From Octopus sinensis (taxonomy: Eukaryota): DNA of 64,000 nucleotides. Positions 54,780 to 64,000 of this stretch are shown in pieces. Under the pieces are notes generated by a model. It made no database searches. It had not been told where the DNA came from and saw nothing but the letters and a program-made list of their open reading frames with translations. The stretch spans positions 116,064,001 to 116,128,000 of the forward strand of contig NC_042998.1 of the NCBI RefSeq assembly GCF_006345805.1. The letters run 5' to 3'. The position numbers and the translations under genes are program-made. Position 1 is the stretch's first letter. Every line of letters begins with the position of its first letter.

Positions 54780-56785
54780 GTCTCATTTGAATACTAATTG
54801 TGAATGATGTCCATTAATACAAAACTCCGCTTTCTACCGAAGCCATAACACAATTACCATGTCTACGAACATATTTATAACATCCAAATTAATACTTTCC
54901 ATGAGCAATTCTTCAATGTCTAAATATACCCCTTTTTTATAAGTTGCCAGCTATATCTTACGCTAGTAATCATAAATCAAAGGGAAAACAAAAGGTCGAA
55001 TAATGGCGGTATATGAGAAGTATTTACGAAGAAACATGACCAGAATATATATAGATTATGAAATTATTAAATCTGAATAGCAAATGAGTTGACTATTTCA
55101 TAAGACAATTAGTTGCATTAATCTCAATATCCTTCATATTCTAAATTGTCCGCTTAAGGCTACAGAGCAACAGCCAGGTTGGCAATAAAATTTCCTTGGA
55201 TTGTACGTGAAACAATGAAGTCTTCGTAGCTGAAAGCATATTGCAAGAATACGAAACAAATATTTTTGCGTATCAAAAATGCTATGAATATCTAACAGGA
55301 TAATGCAAGTTTATGAAAATATAGGGAACGAATCACATTGCTCTCACAATGTAGGATACGATATTCAAATGTATTGTATATATTGATGTAGCTTCTCCAA
55401 ATAACAATATAATTACAGAATAGGCGATATAAACTTTTCCACATATATAGAATCAGAAACGAAAAATAGAATAGTCAATTAGAAAAATCCTTACACATAT
55501 ATAAATTTTCTCTCATTCTTTCTCTCTCTCTTACTTTCTTTCTCTCTTTCTCTCGCACACACGAACACATGCATTTATTAACTCGCACATACATATATAT
55601 TATTGACTCTATAATAGTTGAAGCATACCCATACACTGCGAAGCATACGAGTCAAATACAAAGGTAAAATGTAGCAGTGCAAATATAACACAACTCATAT
55701 TTTAAGAAACATTTCGTTAGAATATATATCATTGAATTGATAATATGTGGCTGTTATTTTACCAAACAATATTACTAAATGATGTACCTGGATTCTACAG
55801 TGTTCCTTAAACATAAACTCACATTGAGAAACATAAATTACACTCTTCAATGACAATGTAGGTTAAGAGTCTTTATAATCAATATACTTAGAAAAAAAAT
55901 AACATCAAATCATATTATACCAAGTTATGTCAGGAATTTAAATTACAATTTATACACTTTCATAGGCATAGCAATAAAAACAATGCAATCTGATATAAGG
56001 ATTATATCGTTACAAAACAAAAATTGCTCAGTATGAATTATACGTTTGAAGAGCAATTAAATACGATAGATGTTCGATATAGATAGTAAGTATTAGACCC
56101 CAGAAGATAGAAGATAACCCATCCAAGAAAATAAAAATCCATTCATAGCCAATCAACTTTCAGTATTGCCAAAAGTCAATGTATATATATAAATGTATAT
56201 ATAAAATGTATATATATAAAGATAACAGTCTTAAATAAAAACACAAAAAAGTCTGAAATATTCAGGTAAAAGGATTCTCTCGAAATTACACCTATAAAAA
56301 CAGTTCAATAAAACGGTAATAATATAGAGGTCGATAATAAACCCATATAAGAAAAAATATTTCAAAAATTATCATACGAATGCTGTAGAGTAAAAGTGCT
56401 ATACGCACAATTGTCCAGTTCATTGTTAATGGTTAATACTTAATGTTAAATTACACGATAATTTAACACGATAATCGGTGATATCTCTGAATCGATGCAA
56501 AAATGCATGTAAATCTCCCCTGCATTACTGCGTAATCCGTATTGCGGAAATGAACAAACGTCAAGCTCACGACAAAATTATTTGCATTTGGATGTTGATA
56601 ATTATCGTTCAAAAGGTAGCCAATATATTGTCACTGGAACAGCAAAATTCTAACCAGTAATTAAAAGTGATATTTGATAATTGAAATTTAAACCAAGTGC
56701 AGCAGCAGTGAGATGCATAATGGCACCAGCATTTTTCGTGTCAACCATCGTTATCAAACACAAAGGGACATTCATTTGATTACTG

Positions 56786-57307
56786 GTGGAACTCTGGTTT
56801 AAGCAGTCATATAACCCCTCATAACAATTTTACTTTTTGGACTTTACAGAAATGTTTTGGGAATTTGCATTCTATATGCGGGAATTAATTCGATTATGCA
56901 AAACAAATTTTGTGTGTTTTAAAGGCGATTTAGCTGTTGGTTTTAGCACATCTCATGGCCACCTGATGTCTTCCTCGTCATTCTGACATGTATTGATTCT
57001 TTTTTTTTTTTTTTGCTCTTCATGATCCATTTAAGGGAATGATGATGCACCCAAGGGTGTTCCGTTGCTGTTATTGAAGCAAAATATAAAAATCGGACAG
57101 TTCGCACTTTTCAACGCTGATTTTATAAAAATTCCAAAAGGAGTGGAACTTTTAGGATTTCTTGGGGAAGAAGAGCTTAACAACAAAATATTTTTTTTAA
57201 ATCGTATGAATTTGTGTGTGTAAAACACAAATTCGCAAAAATTTTCTGAACATGAAAGGAAAAACTTATGAAGGCTTATATCTGGTGCTTAAACCAGAAT
57301 TCCACCT
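56786..57307. mobile_element. TIR element (~80-bp imperfect TIRs beginning GGTGGAA), superfamily uncertain
   Basis: GGTGGAACTCTGGTTTAAGCAGTCATATAACCCCTCATAA vs TTATGAAGGCTTATATCTGGTGCTTAAACCAGAATTCCACC. No clean TSD. Confidence 0.6.
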
Positions 57308-57951
57308 AATTACGATGTTGTGTGATGACAATGTCCTGCCTGAATAAGTTTACAGGAGCAGAAACATCCGCAATACACGAAATGACGATCTCTACTGTAT
57401 CCTTAGGAAATAAAATACCCAATATCTGACATGTAACTGGTAAATGTTGTATATGCGGAGAAGTTTTTGAAACATTACTCTGCAATATATCTTGATGTTT
57501 TACACGAGTCCGTTCCAATAAAATATAATTGAGAATGCAATAGTTTAGCTGATCTACTTTGTGTGAAATGCATGTGGCATATATGTAATTCGTCGTGACT
57601 TAGAAAATGACAGTAACATAATACTGTCATAATACAACCTAATATTAACAGCAACTACAAAATGACGAAGCGCAATATAATGAGAAAGAAAATGCGTGTG
57701 TTAATGGTGATGGTGAATTTTGTGATCATGTTGACGATGCCAACTAGGATAATAATAATGGATGTCAAACGGAAAGCTGATAAGGTTGATTACAGTTAGG
57801 ATGACCTTCGTAAGAATAGAAAACTAAAGCAAAAAAATATAAGATTTCCTGACGAATGATCAGAGGAAACAATAACTATGCAACGAAAGACAAGGAGGAA
57901 TGGAATGTGAAAAAATGAGTAAAAAGGGATGAATAAGAGAAGTAGCAAATC

Positions 57952-57997
<46 letters not shown>

Positions 57998-58047
57998 AGA
58001 AAGTGACAAAGAATTTTGAAAATACTATACATACATACAAACATACA

Positions 58048-58102
<55 letters not shown>

Positions 58103-58894
58103 TATATATATACAGAGAGAGAGAGAGAGGGGGGGAGACAGTATGCATACGAAGATAACGTGTTTTCAAATAAGAAATCATCAATTGTCTTGGGTGTCAA
58201 CATTGCAAATTGGCACACGCAAAATTAGAAATGAATACATGCGAAGTAGAAAAATATATATTGCAAGTGGAACAGAAAATGCGGATCCAATTATATGATA
58301 TGCAGTAGACATACCAAGAGGAAATTTGTATTGAAAATGAAGTTGCTGAATTCTTGTTGTGAGATATAACACAGTTTGAACATATAACAGCGGTAGATAA
58401 ACCATGCGACAAAATTCGACATTTAGTGAGTTTGAAGGTTCAGAGACTGCATCTCTGAGAAATGTGTGGCGTCTTAATATCAGAAACAAAAATGCACATA
58501 TGAAAATATATGTCGTAATAACAGTTCCAATATCTATTCTCCGGAATCCAAACGATCACACACCCGAGATAAAAAAGCATACCCAGCATTCATGTAGAGC
58601 ATTGCTACGATATGTTTAAGATCTAACTATCCAAAATACCTACATTAAACCGAACACGATATAAGTAAAGTTTTATATCGACCCATAATGCACAAACACA
58701 TACTTTCTGCCAACCCTGTCTATCGTTAACTCTATATTCCTCTAAAACACAACTCGCCTAATATCATATCAAGCTAAAAAGGGAGACACATAGAAGCAGA
58801 ATGGAAGAAATATTTGGCTTGATATAATAGTATATATAATAGATATATATGATATGCTGGCGGATGCACACACACACATATATATATATATATA

Positions 58895-60365
58895 AACTTA
58901 GATATGCTTCAACCAAAGATTGGTCCGGACCATGTCTAACTTAAATGTACCACCTGATATGATTATTTAAATCCTTTTTAAGTCAAGTTTTGTGGTGCCA
59001 TGGTCCATTCAGCTATGGAGCTCTTGTTGAGTTGTGTCCAGGTATAGGTGCTTGTCTGGTATTTCTTGGAGAAATTTGTCCAGATTCCGTTTAAAGGTGA
59101 TGGGATTCCTGTCCTCTTTGATCAGATTTGGGACAATGTTAAATAGGGCAGGGACTGTTCATGGAAAGAAATTGTGTCGCAATGTACTCATATGTTGTGA
59201 TCCTGAATTGGGCGTGGGATTATCACCCGTGCTCCTAGCCTCGGATAAACATTGAAACTAATGTTCAGGTATTCTTGGTCAATGCTGGCGGTATATTCTC
59301 CACATCATGGAAATGAGTTACTGCTCGCAATGGCACTGGAGAGAGTAGAGTTTCAAGGCTTTAAGGCAGTCCCACTAATCGAGATCAGTATAGACCTTTA
59401 TTCGTTTAGTAAATGACCTCTGGGATGATTCAATTTTCGAGATGTTTTGTTATGTATGGAGAAACCACAGAGGGCAGCAGTATTCGAAGTGTAGCCGTAC
59501 AAAGGAGGATAAAAGTGGAATGATGAGATATTGTTCTCTGGATGGGAAGGTTCTTATATCGACCTTATTGTTGATGTGGGCTCTCCAACTGAGATTGTTA
59601 TCAACAATTACACCCAGGTCTCTGATATTATTAGATACTGTGAGCAGTTCCTCTGAAGGAAGAGATTATGGCTGTTTTAGTATAGTCTTTCTTCCAAAAT
59701 GCATCAGTCAAATTTTACCTCGTTTAGTTGCATTTTGTCTGCCCATTGACTCACCGTATATAGATCAGACAGGAGTTGAGTTCGGTCTTCTGCATTGACG
59801 ATTTTCTATAGCTTGGTGTCATCAGCAAGTATTTTCACTTTGCTGTGTGTTACGACGCTGTAAAGGTCGTTTATATAGATTATAAAGAGATTCGATCCAA
59901 GAGAGTCCCCTGACGGACACCGCTGGCTTGATTGGACTCTTTAGACCACAACATGTGCTCTATTCGCCACGAAATACTCAATCCAGTGTAGAAGTTTTCC
60001 ACGGATTCCATCATTTGCCAATTTTGAGAGTAAGATGTTATGGTCAACGCTTTACTGAAGTCATGAAATATGACATCAGAGTTCGAACCTGTTCCCAAGT
60101 CTTTAAGTATATCCTCCATATAGTGTAAGAACTGAGTTAGACAGTCTCCTCCACAGCGAAAGCCATTCTTATTTGCATTTGGGAGTTTGTGGATCTCCAG
60201 GAAGCCAGCTATCCTTGATTTTAAAACTCTTTCAAACACTTTAATAATGTGGGATGTGAGTGAGATTCGACGATAGTTGTCTGCGAGGGATCTGTTTCCC
60301 TGTTTGTAAACCGGGATGACAGACGGGGATAGGAGCTGTTTCGATTTATAACCTGAGTCTAAAGA
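58895..60365 (-). mobile_element. Degenerate CR1-group LINE (RT to 3' end), different subfamily
   Basis: ADNYRRISLTSHIIKVFERVLK...NGFRCGGDCLTQ...SDVIFHDFSKA...SGVRQGT. Frameshifts. Confidence 0.85.
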
Positions 60366-60403
60366 CTTTCGCCACACACACACACACACACACGCACACA
60401 CAA

Positions 60404-60491
<88 letters not shown>

Positions 60492-60493
<2 letters not shown>

Positions 60494-60833
60494 AGGGGAA
60501 AGATCCCCTTCGGTCATGAATGACCATGGGATTGCACCTAGAAAGTTACCCTCCTAGACACAAGTCTGGGCAAGGTTGTTTATGGAAGACCAGCAGTCGC
60601 CCATGCATACCAGCCTCCCCTCTCCACACCACCAGTGTTATCCAAGGGAAAGACAAAGTCGATACATCCTGGCACCAGTGACGTCGCAACTCATTTCTAC
60701 AGCTGAGTGAACTGGAGCAACGTGAAATAAAGTGCCTTGCTCAAGAACACAACACGCAGCCCGGTCCGGGATTCGAGCTCACAACCTCACGATCGTAAGC
60801 CCGACGCTCTAACCACTGAGCCATGCGCCTTCA
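60492..60833 (-). mobile_element. Young SINE, near-identical to 44470-44810, embedded in (TA)n
   Basis: Direct sequence match; TA-rich tracts on both flanks. Confidence 0.9.
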
Positions 60834-60969
60834 CATATATACATATATATACATATATATATATACATATACATACATATATATAAACATATATATATAC
60901 ATATATATATATATACATATATATTATATATATATATATATATATACATACATATATACACACACACAT

Positions 60970-61020
<51 letters not shown>

Positions 61021-61112
61021 CATACATACATATATATATATATATTTATACATATATATAATATATATATATACATATACATACATATATATATACATAT
61101 ATATACATATAT

Positions 61113-63194
61113 GTGTGCAGGGCCAGCACACACATGAACAAAAACAGGATCCCTAGAGAAAGGAGGATTCTTATGAGACGACGGACAAGGATTGCAAACC
61201 GCCTGAGCAAGCACACCAAAAGTGGTGAGAAGTCTCGGCTCGAAAGAATGCTAATGGAAACTGAGAAAAGTCTACATCAGTCCCATGAAAAGGAGAGAGC
61301 AGATAAAGAAGCTTGGGTAATAGAAAATATAAAATCAAACCCTAAAGCTTTCTTTAAGTTTGCCAAAGAGACAGCCACAGTGCACCAGAGAATAGGACCT
61401 CTCTTCCAAAAAGATGGCTCTCTCACAGGAAATCCCACGAGGATAAGTGAAATACTGAACGAACAGTTCCAAAGTGTGTTCACTACACCTCTAGGACACA
61501 TGCAAGTAAACAACCCAGAAGAATTCTTTGCCACTTTACCTGCGGCCAAAGAGACAAAAATTGAGTACATCAACATCGAAGATGATGATATCACACTAGC
61601 CATTGATGAGATTGACACAAACTCAGCTGCTGGACCTGATGGATTCCCAGCGATCCTTCTCAAATTGTGCAAACGAGCCCTTGCAAAACCGCTACAGCTT
61701 CTTTTGCAGAGCTTTCTTGCAAGTGGTAAGCTCCCAGTCAAACTGAAAGAGGGGGTAATATGCCCTATCCATAAGGGAGGTAGCAGAGCAGATGCTAAAA
61801 ATTATAGGCCTATCTCTCTGACCTCACACATCAGCAAAGTCATGGAACGAATAGTCCGTAAGAAACTAATCATGTTCCTTGAAGAAAATGACTTGCTGTC
61901 TGACACCCAGCATGGATTTCGACCAGGTAGAAGCTGCCTAACACAGCTCCTGCAACACTATGACTGGGTGTTGAAACAGCTACTAAATGGCTCAAACGTG
62001 GATGTAATATATCTCGACTTTGCAAAAGCCTTTGATAAAGTCGACCATGGTATGATCTGTCACAAACTGCGTGGTCTCGGCATAGGCGGGAAACTTGGAG
62101 AGTGGCTGCACAACTTCCTAAAAGACAGAAAACAGGCAGTTGTGAGCAATGGAGCCACCTCCAAGGAAACGCAAATAACAAGCGGTGTCCCACAGGGCAC
62201 TGTCTTGGGGTCACTGATGTTCATAGTGGCCCTTTCAGACATGCCTTCAGTTGCTACGATGACCACCCTTGCTAGCTATGCAGATGACACAAAAGTCTCC
62301 CACGCAATACAAAACCCTGAAAATATTGCGCATCTGCAACATGAGCTGGACACAATATACAGGTGGGCTGAGGACAACAACATGCAGTTTAATGCAGGTA
62401 AGTTCCAGGTCCTGCGCTGCTGGCACACAAAGGTAAATGACGTGAAAACTGGATACACTGGCCCAGGAAGAATTGCAATCCCTGAGTCAAAATCAGTGCG
62501 TGACCTGGGCATTGACATGAGCAATGATGCATCTTTCCAAATGCATATTGCTAATCTGGTGATAAAATGCAGACGGCTAGCTGGATGGATTCTCCAAACT
62601 TTCAGAACAAGAGAGAAGGAGACACTGATGGTCCTATGGAAAACATTCGTCCTCAGCCGCTTGGACTACTGCTCCCAACTTTGGTCACCACACAATATAA
62701 AACAAACAGCAGAACTCGAAGCAATTCAGAGAAGCTACACAAAGAAAATCGTCTCAATGCAAAATGTCAGCTACTGGGAAAGACTGAAGGTATTAAACCT
62801 CTTCTCCCTGGAGCGGAGGCGGGAGAGATATGCAGTGATATACATCTGGAAAATCCTGGAGGGTCTTGTCCCAAACTTTGGCATTCAAAGTTACTCCAAC
62901 CGCAGAACGGGGCGCCGCTGCGTGGTGCCAAGGATTCCAACATCACCATCAAAATACAGGTCCAGATACTGCAACAGCTTGGGTTTCAGAGGACCACAGC
63001 TCTTTAACATCCTCCCTAAATGCCTGAGAGACTTACATGGTGTGGATGTGGGTTTCTTTAAAACTAAACTGGATCTCTTCTTGTTGGGAGTCCCAGATGA
63101 ACCTACCTCACGACAGGAGACACGGATGCGGGCAGCAGCATCGAACTCCCTTGTTGATCAAGTGCCACGTATCAGAGGTGGATTCACAAACTAG
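61113..63194 (+). CDS. CR1/L2-group LINE ORF2 (reverse transcriptase and C-terminus; APE domain absent, 5'-truncated)
   Basis: 693-aa ORF without stops, containing [55 protein letters not shown] and YADDTK. Confidence 0.9.
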   Translation: MCRASTHMNKNRIPRERRILMRRRTRIANRLSKHTKSGEKSRLERMLMETEKSLHQSHEKERADKEAWVIENIKSNPKAFFKFAKETATVHQRIGPLFQKDGSLTGNPTRISEILNEQFQSVFTTPLGHMQVNNPEEFFATLPAAKETKIEYINIEDDDITLAIDEIDTNSAAGPDGFPAILLKLCKRALAKPLQLLLQSFLASGKLPVKLKEGVICPIHKGGSRADAKNYRPISLTSHISKVMERIVRKKLIMFLEENDLLSDTQHGFRPGRSCLTQLLQHYDWVLKQLLNGSNVDVIYLDFAKAFDKVDHGMICHKLRGLGIGGKLGEWLHNFLKDRKQAVVSNGATSKETQITSGVPQGTVLGSLMFIVALSDMPSVATMTTLASYADDTKVSHAIQNPENIAHLQHELDTIYRWAEDNNMQFNAGKFQVLRCWHTKVNDVKTGYTGPGRIAIPESKSVRDLGIDMSNDASFQMHIANLVIKCRRLAGWILQTFRTREKETLMVLWKTFVLSRLDYCSQLWSPHNIKQTAELEAIQRSYTKKIVSMQNVSYWERLKVLNLFSLERRRERYAVIYIWKILEGLVPNFGIQSYSNRRTGRRCVVPRIPTSPSKYRSRYCNSLGFRGPQLFNILPKCLRDLHGVDVGFFKTKLDLFLLGVPDEPTSRQETRMRAAASNSLVDQVPRIRGGFTN

Positions 63195-63267
63195 TGTAGC
63201 TCATTCAGCGGTGGTGCCCCAGCATGGCCGCAGCCTTCGGGCTAAAACATTTTTAAGGATTTAAGGA
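61120..63267 (+). mobile_element. Young 5'-truncated CR1-group LINE including 3' UTR and (TTTAAGGAT) tail, between TA tracts
   Basis: The ORF above, plus the 3' UTR stem-loop GCAGCCTTCGGGCT and tandem TTTAAGGAT repeats before (TA)n. Confidence 0.9.
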
Positions 63268-63338
63268 TATATATATACATATATATACATATATATATAC
63301 ATATATATATATATACATACATATATACACACACACAT

Positions 63339-63379
<41 letters not shown>

Positions 63380-63534
63380 ATATATATATACATATATATG
63401 TATACACACATATATATGCATAACATATGTGTATATGTGTATACATAATATATATATATATATACATATATATGTATACACACATATATATTCATAATAT
63501 ATATGTATATATGTATACATAATATATATATATG

Positions 63535-64000
63535 GGACCACTGCTTTTTATAGTGGCCCTCTCAGATATGCCCTCAAATGCCGGGATAGCCTCTCTGGCC
63601 AGCGATGCAGACGATACGAATGTCTCACAGAAAATACAGAACCCCAGCGATGTTGCACACCTGCAGCAAGAGTTGGACTCAATCAACAGATGGGCTGAGG
63701 ATAATAATATGCAGTTTAATGCTGGAAAATTCCAGACCCTGCGCTACCAGCATCCAAAACTGAATATTAAACTTACAGGATACACTTGTCTACAGGGAAT
63801 TTCCACCCCAGAGCCTAAGTCTGTGAGGGACCTGGGTATCGACATGAGTGATGATACCTCTTTCCAAGTGCACATTACCAGGATGGCGACAAAGTGCAGA
63901 CGACTGGCTGCGTGGATCCTAAGAACATTCAGGACCAGAGATAAGGAAACCATGATGGTCCTCTGGCGGATATTCGTTCTCAGCCGCCTGGATTATTGCT
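63535..64000 (+). mobile_element. Further CR1-group LINE fragment (related subfamily), running off the window
   Basis: Colinear with 62205-62670 (GCCCTCTCAGATATGCC, GCAGTTTAATGCTGGAAA, CTCAGCCGCCTGGATTATTG). Confidence 0.9.

Overview
AT-rich, microsatellite-dense animal genomic DNA. The SINE families look like those I recall from octopus; this is unverified. Almost all six-frame ORFs are microsatellite artefacts. One host exon is recognisable: a 114-nt, phase 0-0 exon of a kainate-type ionotropic glutamate receptor on the minus strand (14180-14293), so much of the window is probably its intronic sequence. The rest is mostly transposable elements: CR1-group LINEs (one with an uninterrupted 693-aa RT ORF), RTE, R4/Dong, Hero and Tx1 LINE fragments, a decayed Naiad-like Penelope element (RT + GIY-YIG), Tc1/maT transposase relics, MITEs and several tRNA-derived SINE families. 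The most striking unannotated signal is a set of minimal type-I hammerhead ribozyme (HHR) motifs. They lie at the 3' end of the Penelope element and in short elements next to (TA)n tracts. The best case is a near-perfect 320-bp palindrome (33317-33636) with an intact HHR on each strand. A second palindrome carries a U3-A8 compensated HHR. Many retroelements here sit in specific microsatellites ((TA)n, (TACA)n, (ATT)n), and SINE tails share a 3' stem-loop with the CR1 LINE.
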